Part shown: positions 53,922 to 63,378 of the stretch, piece after piece
Layout: each line of letters starts with the position of its first letter
Numbering within the stretch: position 1 is the stretch's first letter
NCBI GenBank assembly: GCA_045863475.1
Contig: BTUR01000002.1
Location: 410-64,409 of the forward strand
Source of the DNA: Candidatus Campbellbacteria bacterium
GTDB lineage: Bacteria > Patescibacteriota > Minisyncoccia > Phycocordibacterales > EsbW-18
Direction: 5' to 3'
Length of the DNA: 64,000 bases
The notes under the pieces: generated by a model
Databases searched by the model: none
Told to the model about the DNA's origin: nothing
What the model saw: the letters and a program-made list of their open reading frames with translations, nothing else
Translations under genes and position numbers: made by a program

Positions 53922-56900
53922 TTACATCTTTTTTACTTTATCGGCGAGGAGTGAGATTTCGCCGTTACGTTCCGAGATTTTTCCTTTCACGCCGATGCAC
54001 ATGCCCGGTACGACAATCTCGCGTGCCTCCGTGTAGCTTTTTGGAAAGAACACAACCTCGAGCATGCCGGTGAAGTCGCTTATGCGCACGAACGCCATAC
54101 GTTCTCCTTTCTTGGTAAGTATTGGACGGACCTCCTCAACAAGTCCGTAGGCAACCGATGTCATGTTTGGGTGGAGTTTTTTCAGTTTTTCAATGCTCAC
54201 ATTCGCAGCATCAAAGAATTTTTGATGCTTATCCAGCGGATGTCCGGAGATGTAGAGGCCGAGCAAATCTTTTTCCCATGCGAGTTTTTGTTCCTGGGGT
54301 GCGGGGTCAGCCGGGGCGAGTGTGAGATGAGAGAGAAACGGACCGGCACCACCGAAGAGTGAGTCTTGTGCTGCACCGCGACTCCCGGACTCTTTGTTGA
54401 ACGCAAGGAGCAGATTGATGTTCCCGAGCATTTGTCCGCGTTCTCCGAAACGGTCGAGTGAGCCGGATTGGATGAGCGACTCAAGGGATTTTTTATTGAG
54501 ATTGCGGTCGTGGATGCGTGTGAGGAAGTCTTCAAGCGACGCGTACGCGCCATTTGCTTTGCGTTCCTCAATAATAATGTCGCCGATGCCTTGCCCGAAG
54601 TTTTTTATGGAGTAGAGACCGAAGCGGATCTTTTCGGTGCCATCGTTGGTTTTTTCTTTTGGCACGACGGAGAAGTCTCCGAAGGATTCGTTGATGTCCG
54701 GCGGGAGCACTTCAATACCCATCTGTTTGCAGCCTCCGATGAGTCCGGAGATTTTTTCCACGTCACCGGCGTCAGCGGAAAGCACCGCCGCCATGTACGC
54801 GGTCGGATAGTGCGCTTTCATGTACGCGGTTTGGTATGCGAGACGTCCGTAGGAAGCCGCGTGCGCTTTGTTGAAACCGTATCCCTGGAACGGCTCAAAG
54901 AGCGCCCAGAGACCTTCCGCCTGTTGTGCGGTCATGCCGGAGTGCTCAATGCATCCTTTCACGAAAATTTCGTGCTGCTTTGCCATCTCTTCGGGAATTT
55001 TCTTTCCAACGGCTTTACGGAATTTGTCCACCGTTTCCCACGTGTAGCCGGCAAGTTCAAGCGCGGTGGAGAGAAGATCATCTTGATACACCAAGATACC
55101 GTACGAACGCTCCAAGAAATTTTTCATCTTAGGGTGGTAGTACGTGATTTGTTTATGGCCGTGTTTGCGCGCGATGTACTCCGGGATGTTTTTCATCGGA
55201 CCCGGGCGGTAGAGGGCGACCATCGCGTTGATGTCGTGAATGGTCGACGGGCGGAGTTCTTTGAGGAACTGCGTCATCGCATCGCCTGAGAGCTGGAAGA
55301 CCGCCATGGTGTCACCTCTCGCCAACATCTCAAATGTTTTTTTGTCATCAAGCGGAAGCTCTTCAACGTCGACCTCTTCACCGTAGACGGCGCGTACGCG
55401 GCGGACAGCCTCAGCTAAGATGGCAAGGTTTTTGAGGCCGAGGAAGTCAAATTTTAGCAGTCCGACATCTTCAACGGCATGCATGTCGTACTGGGTGAGT
55501 TGTTTGCCTTCACCCTTCGGATCCCATTGCGTGGGGACGACTTCATCGAGGTGTACGGGTGAGATGACGACACCGGCGGCGTGCACGGAGATGTGACGGG
55601 CACATCCTTCAATCTTGCGCGCCATGTCCACAATTGCCTTCGTGTCCTCATCGCTTTGATAGAGTTTTTTGAAATCGGGCTCTTCTTCAAGCGCGCGGTC
55701 AATGGACATCGGGAATCCCTGCGAACCGAACGGGATGAGTTTGGCGATGCGGTCGGCAAGTGCAAGGTCATAGCCGAGTGCGCGCGCGGTATCGCGCACA
55801 GCACCGCGTGCCATCATCGTTCCGAAGGTTCCGATTTGTGCGACATTATCCGCACCGTACTTTTCGCGCGCGTATGCAATCATTTCATCGCGCCGGTTAT
55901 CCGCGATGTCCAGATCGATATCAGGCGGGGACGGACGCAGTGGGTTGAGGAAGCGTTCAAACGGCAGCTGGTACTCAAGCGGATTGACGGTTGTGATGCC
56001 TAAAACGTACGAAACCAGTGAGCCGGCGACGGATCCTCTCGTGTTGGTGAAAATTTTGTGCTCGCGCGCGTAGCGCAGCAAGTCGCCGACGACGAGGAAG
56101 TACGGCGCGTAGCCCTTATCAATAATCGTTGAGAACTCGTATTCAATTCTCTCAGTTATCTCGGGAGAAAGTTCGAGTCCGCGTCTCAAAATTCCGTCGG
56201 TAACCTGTCGTCGAAGCTCCGTGGCGTGGTTTGAATTCTCCGGGACGGGAAACGCGGGAAACATCCAGCTCCCCAGGGGAATTTCCAGGTCGCAGAGAGC
56301 AGCAATGCGCACGGTGTTGTCGACGGCTTCCGGTGTGTCGGCAAACACCTCGCGCATGCGCGCTTCGTCGATAAATGAGAAATCAGCATCCGTGTCGGTG
56401 AATCCGCCCCGGCGGTTCTCACCGCTGGATTGTACCGAGAGTAGTGTGCGGCGCGCCGGCGCATCATCAGGAGAGAGGTACTGCACATCGTTTGATGCAA
56501 CCAGTGGCGTGTTGGTCTCTTTCGCAAATGTGATGACGCGTTTCACGCGCTCGGCGTGGTTATCAATTTCCGGGTGGTGTGTAATTTCAAGGAAGACACT
56601 GTCATCACCGTAGAGTTTTTTGTAGAACGACAGTGTTTCGTGCGCACGCTCGTCGTTGCTGCTTGCAAGCGCGTTTGCGACGGCGCCGTTGAACACGGGG
56701 ACAACAGCGACGAGTCCCTCGTGATATTTCTCAAGCAGTTCGCGGTCCACACGGGGTTTGTAGTAAAACCCTTCAAGGTGCGAGTACGTGACGAGTTTGA
56801 TGAGGTTTTTGTAACCGTCGTGATTCTTCGCAAGCAGGATGAGGCGCTCGCGTTTGCTGTCGATGCCGGATTCGCGGTCAAATCTCGTGCGTGCCGCGAG

Positions 56901-57110
56901 ATAGAAGTCTACGCCGAGTATCGGCTTGATGTCGGCTTTTTTGCACGCCTTATAGAACTCAATGGCTCCGTAGAGATTACCGTTATCGGTGAGTGCAAGA
57001 GCGGGCATCCCGAATTCCTTTGCGCGTTTCACCAAATCAGGCACCTGTGGCAGCGCAGAGAGGAGTGAATAGTGCGAATGCGTGTGTAGATGGACGAACC
57101 CTCCGTTCAT
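53922..57110 (-). CDS. dnaE: DNA polymerase III alpha subunit
   Basis: PHP HLHTHSHYS, RGS.AGS, PDIDLD, HAAGVV, FNKAHAASY. Confidence 0.98.
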   Translation of the reverse strand: MNGGFVHLHTHSHYSLLSALPQVPDLVKRAKEFGMPALALTDNGNLYGAIEFYKACKKADIKPILGVDFYLAARTRFDRESGIDSKRERLILLAKNHDGYKNLIKLVTYSHLEGFYYKPRVDRELLEKYHEGLVAVVPVFNGAVANALASSNDERAHETLSFYKKLYGDDSVFLEITHHPEIDNHAERVKRVITFAKETNTPLVASNDVQYLSPDDAPARRTLLSVQSSGENRRGGFTDTDADFSFIDEARMREVFADTPEAVDNTVRIAALCDLEIPLGSWMFPAFPVPENSNHATELRRQVTDGILRRGLELSPEITERIEYEFSTIIDKGYAPYFLVVGDLLRYAREHKIFTNTRGSVAGSLVSYVLGITTVNPLEYQLPFERFLNPLRPSPPDIDLDIADNRRDEMIAYAREKYGADNVAQIGTFGTMMARGAVRDTARALGYDLALADRIAKLIPFGSQGFPMSIDRALEEEPDFKKLYQSDEDTKAIVDMARKIEGCARHISVHAAGVVISPVHLDEVVPTQWDPKGEGKQLTQYDMHAVEDVGLLKFDFLGLKNLAILAEAVRRVRAVYGEEVDVEELPLDDKKTFEMLARGDTMAVFQLSGDAMTQFLKELRPSTIHDINAMVALYRPGPMKNIPEYIARKHGHKQITYYHPKMKNFLERSYGILVYQDDLLSTALELAGYTWETVDKFRKAVGKKIPEEMAKQHEIFVKGCIEHSGMTAQQAEGLWALFEPFQGYGFNKAHAASYGRLAYQTAYMKAHYPTAYMAAVLSADAGDVEKISGLIGGCKQMGIEVLPPDINESFGDFSVVPKEKTNDGTEKIRFGLYSIKNFGQGIGDIIIEERKANGAYASLEDFLTRIHDRNLNKKSLESLIQSGSLDRFGERGQMLGNINLLLAFNKESGSRGAAQDSLFGGAGPFLSHLTLAPADPAPQEQKLAWEKDLLGLYISGHPLDKHQKFFDAANVSIEKLKKLHPNMTSVAYGLVEEVRPILTKKGERMAFVRISDFTGMLEVVFFPKSYTEAREIVVPGMCIGVKGKISERNGEISLLADKVKKM

Positions 57111-57208
57111 ACCGTGTATGGTACACGAAGCATCGCCAAGCGGCTTAGTGGATTGTGCGCTGTGCGGTTTCCGCGGCTCGTTGTAAAGGGATGCTACACT
57201 AAAAATCC

Positions 57209-57793
57209 ATGAAAACCGTCATCGGCATAGACGAAGCAGGCAGGGGACCACTAGCCGGACCGGTTGCCGTCGGATGTGTGGTGATTCGCTCACGCGCGGT
57301 GTACAAAGCGTTTCCACGCGTACGGGATTCCAAGAAGCTTTCACCGCAACGTCGCGATGAGTGGTTTGCCAAAATCCGTCGTCTCAAAAGGGAAGGTGCA
57401 CTTTCATATGCCGTTCGAATGGTTAGTGCGTCCCTCATAGATACACACGGCATCGTTTGGGCGATTTCACGCGGGATTACGTCGGCGCTGAAGGGTGTTG
57501 ATGCCCGCCCGGGTATGAATGTGCTTTTAGACGGCGGATTACGTGCCCCACAGGAATACACACACCAAACAACCATTATTAAAGGAGATGAAAAAGAGCT
57601 TGCGATTGCGCTTGCTTCCATTGCGGCGAAAGTGACACGCGATCGGTACATGGTGAGAGTTGGGAAGCAATACCCGCGCCATGGATTCGGGATTCATAAA
57701 GGATATGGGACAAAAGCGCATGCGCGGGCAATACGAAAATTTGGAGTGACGCCCCTACACCGAAAGACGTTTTGCCGTGCTTTGACAAAATAG
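57209..57793 (+). CDS. rnhB: Ribonuclease HII
   Basis: GIDEAGRGPLAGPV, DSKKL, KGD, ASIAAKV.RD, HKGYGT. Confidence 0.97.
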   Translation: MKTVIGIDEAGRGPLAGPVAVGCVVIRSRAVYKAFPRVRDSKKLSPQRRDEWFAKIRRLKREGALSYAVRMVSASLIDTHGIVWAISRGITSALKGVDARPGMNVLLDGGLRAPQEYTHQTTIIKGDEKELAIALASIAAKVTRDRYMVRVGKQYPRHGFGIHKGYGTKAHARAIRKFGVTPLHRKTFCRALTK

Positions 57794-57871
57794 AAATAAA
57801 ATGATACTATTGATACCGGCAAAAGGTTCCTTCTTAAATAAACCAGCTTCACTGAGAGATAGGGGGTTACT

Positions 57872-58405
57872 GTGGGAAGTGGTGCAGAGTGGTTCTGCGC
57901 GGGGACGAAAGCTCCCGCTGGAAAGGCCGAGCTACTTGTCGGCAGGTACTACCCGGACTTCAAAAGAGATCCGGAGCACTTCCAGATCAAGTTCCTCGGA
58001 GGTACCCAGAAGGTCACAAAGGGTGTGTGTGAAAGCACTCCTGAGGAAACGCTGTATCGGGAGATGCTCGAGGAGGTACTCGCACCCGGCGGACGAGTAA
58101 TGTCCTGCGAGCAAATCGATGCCGCAACCGTTTCACTCCCCGGCCACAAGAAGTGCTTCTATCTCATCACACTCGAGGGGCCGCTTCGTGAAAGCGATCT
58201 CTACGAGATCGAGTACGACGTGCGACTGAAGCGCGATCGCACCGAGAAGCTCTCGCCGCCGTTCTACATGGACGTGCGCGAGCTGTGGCACGCGATCTTT
58301 CCAGGGCACCGTGAGGCGCTTAGGCAAATCATCTACTATCTTGCCGCGCGTCGGCCCGAGTGGGCGTGGGCGGCAGCAGATCTCGCCGAGGAGCTTGCCG
58401 CTTGA
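57872..58405 (+). CDS. Orphan NUDIX-like protein (cassette; start uncertain)
   Basis: TTGACA-17-TACTAT (57782-57810); GG…E…E…RE..EE motif; terminator 58409-58456. Confidence 0.7.
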   Translation: MGSGAEWFCAGTKAPAGKAELLVGRYYPDFKRDPEHFQIKFLGGTQKVTKGVCESTPEETLYREMLEEVLAPGGRVMSCEQIDAATVSLPGHKKCFYLITLEGPLRESDLYEIEYDVRLKRDRTEKLSPPFYMDVRELWHAIFPGHREALRQIIYYLAARRPEWAWAAADLAEELAA

Positions 58406-58496
58406 TACGGCCTGAAGTTGTTTGACCGAAAAGGTCCAGCAACTTCGGGCCTTTTCGTTTGCACAAAAAACCCATATTTGTTATAGTGTTTTTTGT

Positions 58497-58769
58497 ATGA
58501 CAGTCCGAATGCGTCACACGAAAGGCCACACCGGCAACCGCCGGTCGCACCACGCCCTTAAAGGGCCGCGTTTTTCCGTGTGTGCATCATGCGGAAGCTC
58601 ACACATCCGGCACCAGGCGTGCCCGACGTGCGGCAACTACCGCGGACGGACGGTCATTGATATGAAGTCCCGCCAGGACAGAGCGCTTGCTCGCAAGCAG
58701 GCGAAACTCCGCGCACGGGGCGAGAATGCCAAGGAGGCAGCGAAAAACGAGTCAAAGGACTCGAAGTAG
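58497..58769 (+). CDS. rpmF: 50S ribosomal protein bL32
   Basis: RRSHHAL, CxxC…H..CxxCG.Y.G. Confidence 0.93.
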   Translation: MTVRMRHTKGHTGNRRSHHALKGPRFSVCASCGSSHIRHQACPTCGNYRGRTVIDMKSRQDRALARKQAKLRARGENAKEAAKNESKDSK

Positions 58770-58809
58770 GAGTTTGACACTTCCGCGCCGCGCATCGGCG
58801 CGCACATAA

Positions 58810-59709
58810 ATGAGTAATCGCCACTTAGCGAGATCAGTTGTTCTTCAGACGCTTTTCCAGATCGATTTCTCCTCGGTATCACCGAAGGAGGCCGATGGGA
58901 TTCTATCGCATGTCGCGGACGAATACGCGCCCGGCATCAGCGAGAAGGATTTCATGAGATCGCTCTTGAAAGGAGTTATCCAGAAGCGTAAGGATCTCGA
59001 CACCATCATCGAGAAGGCCGCACCTGAGTGGCCGATAGACAAAATCTCGCTTGTTGACCGAAACGTTCTGCGTCTCGGACTCTTCGAACTTCTGTTCGGC
59101 GACCGCGCGCACGTACCGGCGAAAGTCGCCATCAACGAAGCCATCGAGCTTGCCAAAAGCTTCGGTGGGGACTCAAGCGGTCGCTTCGTCAACGGCGTGC
59201 TCGGTTCCGTCTACAAAGAACTCGGCGAGCCGGGGAAAAACGAAACGTCAAAGAAGAAAAAAGATGTGCCGTATGATGAGATGCCGCAAGAAGTACTCGG
59301 CGGTGCATTCGTCTACGCGCGCCACGAGGATGACATCTACATCGCGTTTGTGCACGACGTATTCGGTCACTGGACGCTTTCCAAGGGTCGGATTGAAAAC
59401 GGTGAAGACGTGCGCACGGGAACGGCGCGCGAGATTCAGGAAGAATTGGGTCTGGAGGTGGCGATTCAGGAAGAAATTGGCAGCAACGAGTACATCGCAT
59501 CGCATCCGGAGAAGGGAAAAATGCGCAAGCGCGTCACGTACTTTATTGCAGAGGCACCGTTTCGCGATTTGAAACTTGGCACGTCCGGCGGTCTCGACGA
59601 TGCTCGATGGTTCCGCCTCAGTGAAATCGTGAATCTCAATATCTACGACGACATTCTGCCGCTCATCACAAAAGCAATCACTCTGCTCTCACAAAAGCAG
59701 CACACGTAA
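58810..59709 (+). CDS. nusB: NusB fused to a C-terminal NUDIX domain
   Basis: R…R, DRNVLR, INEAIELAK.F, FVNGVL; then W..SKG.IE.GE……REIQEELG. Confidence 0.93.
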   Translation: MSNRHLARSVVLQTLFQIDFSSVSPKEADGILSHVADEYAPGISEKDFMRSLLKGVIQKRKDLDTIIEKAAPEWPIDKISLVDRNVLRLGLFELLFGDRAHVPAKVAINEAIELAKSFGGDSSGRFVNGVLGSVYKELGEPGKNETSKKKKDVPYDEMPQEVLGGAFVYARHEDDIYIAFVHDVFGHWTLSKGRIENGEDVRTGTAREIQEELGLEVAIQEEIGSNEYIASHPEKGKMRKRVTYFIAEAPFRDLKLGTSGGLDDARWFRLSEIVNLNIYDDILPLITKAITLLSQKQHT

Positions 59710-59817
59710 TCATGAATCCCGTTAGAGACCACTCGCGTATGTTCGTGCCCACTATTCAAAAAATATTGATGTATTGTTCGTATGCACACGAAAGTGTGAT
59801 AACCATTCTCTAACGGG

Positions 59818-60510
59818 ATGAAAGATTTTGCTCCACTAGAAAAAAAAATCGGACACACATTCGCCGACCAGTTTTTGCTTACAACGGCGTTGACGCATCG
59901 CTCCTTTATCAATGAGTCACGCAAGCACGGCGGCACGCACAACGAGCGTCTTGAGTTTTTGGGCGACGCGGTCTTGGAACTCATCACGACGGAATTTTTG
60001 TATGCACGCTACCCGCACAAAGCGGAAGGCGATCTCACCTCGTACCGTGCAGGACTCGTCAATACGTCCACACTTGCAACGGTTGCACTAGAGCTGGGTG
60101 TCAACGACTTTTTGCTGCTGTCAAAAGGAGAGTCAAAAGATACCGGTCGCGCGCGGCAGTATATTCTTGCCAACGCGTTTGAGGCAATCGTCGGTGCGTT
60201 GTTTCTCGACGGCGGTTACGAAGCCGCCCGTGCATTCGTTTCAAAGTTCCTCTTGCCGCTGACGGAAGATATTGTCGGCAAACACCTTTGGCGCGACGCA
60301 AAAAGCCGTTTTCAGGAAAAAGCGCAGGAGAAAGTCGGTATCACACCGTCGTACAAAACAACCCGGGAAGTAGGACCCGACCACGACCGCGAATTTACCG
60401 TTGCCGTTTTTTTGGGCGACGAGAAAGTTGCCGAAGGGGCGGGGAAGAGCAAGCAGGAAGCGGAACAGTCCGCTGCGGGCAACGCACTTGAGAAGAAACA
60501 CTGGTCTTAA
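59818..60510 (+). CDS. rnc: Ribonuclease III
   Basis: ALTHRS, NERLEFLGDAVL, FEA..GA..LD, dsRBD. Confidence 0.97.
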   Translation: MKDFAPLEKKIGHTFADQFLLTTALTHRSFINESRKHGGTHNERLEFLGDAVLELITTEFLYARYPHKAEGDLTSYRAGLVNTSTLATVALELGVNDFLLLSKGESKDTGRARQYILANAFEAIVGALFLDGGYEAARAFVSKFLLPLTEDIVGKHLWRDAKSRFQEKAQEKVGITPSYKTTREVGPDHDREFTVAVFLGDEKVAEGAGKSKQEAEQSAAGNALEKKHWS

Positions 60511-60606
60511 ATAGCTATTGACGTAGTACCATTTTTCGTGGTACGTTCCATGCGGATTTTGTTTCGCGTCAACTACATGTCCTTGAGTGGACAGAAAGGA
60601 AGAAGA

Positions 60607-60981
60607 ATGAGAAGTGACGTTCTGGAGTTCGGTCTCTCGAAGGAAATCGCGTGCGTGGCCCTCATCGGCTACGACGGGAGGGAGATCAACCCGACCATCC
60701 TGGTGCGCTCCTGGCCGCACGAGAACTCGAACAAGACGGTCATCGTGACCGGGACTCTGAAACCGGAGCTTGTGCACGGCAGGATCGCCAAGGGATGCCA
60801 CCATTACCTGGACGGGAAGGCCTGCTCGCTCCGCACAACCCCCAGCGGCCCTATCCTCGTTGTGTGGATGTGGAGCGACGGCAAGCCTCTCCCGGAGGAA
60901 GACGAGCGGGGGTTTCAGGAGGAGTTCGACCGCGTCGCGAAGGCGATGCGCGGTCTCGCAGGACTCGCCAGCGCTGCCTGA
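60607..60981 (+). CDS. Orphan protein, 124 aa (cassette)
   Basis: TTGACG…TGnTACGTT, GAAAGGA SD, terminator 61000-61035. Confidence 0.65.
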   Translation: MRSDVLEFGLSKEIACVALIGYDGREINPTILVRSWPHENSNKTVIVTGTLKPELVHGRIAKGCHHYLDGKACSLRTTPSGPILVVWMWSDGKPLPEEDERGFQEEFDRVAKAMRGLAGLASAA

Positions 60982-61074
60982 GACGCGCAAGCACCCCAGG
61001 GCGGTGTCACCAAATCAAGGTGGCACCGCTTTTCGCATGGAAGGATTCACATTTTTTTGAGATAATAGACAGGT

Positions 61075-63375
61075 ATGTATCTGAAATCGCTCGAACTTTC
61101 CGGATTCAAGTCCTTCGCCAAGAAAGCAACGCTTGAATTCAAAACACCCATTACCGCGATTGTCGGCCCTAACGGCTCCGGCAAGTCCAATGTCGCTGAG
61201 GCGTTTCGCTTTGTGCTCGGTGAACAGTCGCTTAAATCCATGCGCGGAAAGCGCACCGAAGACCTCATTTGGAACGGTTCGAAAGACGCACCGAAGAGCA
61301 ACCGCGCGCATGTCAAACTCACCTTTGACAACAACCCGTCCGCAGGACAAGACGGAAAGCGACTTTTTGATATTGATTTTGATGACGTAACGCTTGAGCG
61401 CATCATTTTCCGCGATGCGTCGTCGGAATACCAACTCAATGGCTCCCCCTCTCGGCTGAAAGATATCTTTGAACTGCTCTCCGGCGCGCATATCGGCGCG
61501 TCAGGTCACCACATCATCTCGCAAGGAGAAGCCGACCGAATTTTGTCCGTCAATTCGCGGGAACGAAAAACAATGGTGGAAGACGCGCTCGGTCTTAAAA
61601 TTTACCAGTACAAAAAAGAGGAAAGCATCCGAAAGCTCGACCGCACGCGGGAGAATTTGGATAAAGCGGAAAGCATTCGCCGCGAACTGAAACCACATCT
61701 TAAATTCCTGGAGAAGCAGGTAGCAAAGGTTGCAAAAGCGCGCGAACTCGCGGAACTCCTCGTCAAAGACTACAAAGAGTACTTCGCACGCGAAAAGCAC
61801 TACCTCACACAGCAGCGTTCGCGTATTGAGGACGAACTTATCCCCGAGGAGAAGCGAATGCACCACTTGGAGAGTGAGATAACAACCGCGCGCGAGCGTT
61901 TACAGAAACTTTCGCAGAAAGATACGACATCAGATGCGCTCCTCTCCGGCGAAGAAAAATTGCGCGATATCCGAAAAGAAAAGGATGAGAAGGTGCGCGA
62001 TGCCGGACGGCTTGAAGGAGAGATGTCGGCACTCAAAACGCTTATTGCGCGTGAAGAAAAACGGCAGACGGAGGACGCGCACCGCACCGTGCCGTTTTCA
62101 TCTGTGTCGAACATGGCGACCAAGCTTTTGGGGAGCATCACAAACGCACTCTCGCTTTCAGATGTTGCCGCGCTTAAACAGACGCTTACTGATATGAAAG
62201 CGCTTGTGTCGGAGTTTATTGGAGCGGTTTCCGGAGTCGAACACGCATCAGATAAGGAGCTCGCGGATTTGCGCGAGCAATTTGCAAACCTCGAGCATGA
62301 GCGTACGGCGGTGAACAAGGAAATTGAACGCATCGAACGGGAAGAAAAAGAGCGCGAAGGAGAGTACAAACGCATTCAATCAACAATCGAAGAAGACCTT
62401 ACATCTGGCCGCGAAATGGAGCGCACCATTTTTGCGCTGTCCAATGAACAGCAGGAGGTTCGCATGCGCGTACAAACGCTCAGGGCAACGCTGCAATCAC
62501 TCGCGCTTGAGGAAGAAGAATTTAAACGGGAACTCATGGAAGCGGGGGCGCTTGCGGGCGTTGAAGCGGTACGCTTCGGTGAAATTACACGACTGCTTGA
62601 GGAATCAGATACCTCAGAGGACCGCAAAGAACAACTTGCGCGCAAGAAAGAAATTGAGCGCATGAAAATCCGCCTTGAGGAAGCGGGGAGTGCCGGCGGA
62701 GACGACGTGATGAAAGAGTATGAAGATGTTTCAGCGCGTGATGCGTTTTTGGAAAAAGAAATCACTGACTTGCTTGCATCGGCCGACGCACTCAAACTCC
62801 TCATTGAAGACCTCGATGCAACGCTGTCGCGCGAGTTTGCCGAGGGTATCAAGAAAATCAATACGGAATTCAGCGCGTTCTTCGGATTGATGTTTGGCGG
62901 CGGAACCGCTTCCTTGGAAGTTGTACGCGAGGTGAAACGCTCACGCAAAGACACCGAACTGGAAGAAATACTTGAAGGAGACGTCCCCGAGGAATCCGAC
63001 GGGGAGGAAGAAAAGGTGCTTGAGGGTGTTGAGATTCACGTATCACTGCCGCGCAAGAAAATCCGCGGACTTGAAATGCTCTCGGGTGGTGAACGCGCAC
63101 TTACGTCAATCGCGCTTATCTTTGCGATGTCACAGGTCAATCCGCCGCCGTTTATCATTCTTGATGAGACGGACGCGGCGCTTGATGAGGCAAACAGCAA
63201 GCGTTACGGCGACATGATTGAAAATCTCGCGCAAAAAACGCAGCTTATTTTGATAACACACAACCGCGAGACAATGTCCCGTGCGGGAGTCCTCTACGGT
63301 GTCACCATGGGACACGACGCGGTATCGCAACTCCTGTCGGTTTCGTTTACAGAGGCCGTGGCGGTCGCGAAATAA
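61075..63375 (+). CDS. smc: Short SMC-family ATPase, apparently lacking a canonical hinge
   Basis: GFKSF, GPNGSGKSN, ISQG, LSGGE, LDE.DAALD, ITH; 766 aa; follows rnc. Confidence 0.9.
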   Translation: MYLKSLELSGFKSFAKKATLEFKTPITAIVGPNGSGKSNVAEAFRFVLGEQSLKSMRGKRTEDLIWNGSKDAPKSNRAHVKLTFDNNPSAGQDGKRLFDIDFDDVTLERIIFRDASSEYQLNGSPSRLKDIFELLSGAHIGASGHHIISQGEADRILSVNSRERKTMVEDALGLKIYQYKKEESIRKLDRTRENLDKAESIRRELKPHLKFLEKQVAKVAKARELAELLVKDYKEYFAREKHYLTQQRSRIEDELIPEEKRMHHLESEITTARERLQKLSQKDTTSDALLSGEEKLRDIRKEKDEKVRDAGRLEGEMSALKTLIAREEKRQTEDAHRTVPFSSVSNMATKLLGSITNALSLSDVAALKQTLTDMKALVSEFIGAVSGVEHASDKELADLREQFANLEHERTAVNKEIERIEREEKEREGEYKRIQSTIEEDLTSGREMERTIFALSNEQQEVRMRVQTLRATLQSLALEEEEFKRELMEAGALAGVEAVRFGEITRLLEESDTSEDRKEQLARKKEIERMKIRLEEAGSAGGDDVMKEYEDVSARDAFLEKEITDLLASADALKLLIEDLDATLSREFAEGIKKINTEFSAFFGLMFGGGTASLEVVREVKRSRKDTELEEILEGDVPEESDGEEEKVLEGVEIHVSLPRKKIRGLEMLSGGERALTSIALIFAMSQVNPPPFIILDETDAALDEANSKRYGDMIENLAQKTQLILITHNRETMSRAGVLYGVTMGHDAVSQLLSVSFTEAVAVAK

Positions 63376-63378
63376 AAA

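Noticed and set aside
54468-55289. Long antisense ORFs in dnaE (similar ones in ftsZ, typA, thrS)
   Set aside because: They are shadow frames of conserved genes with no motifs.
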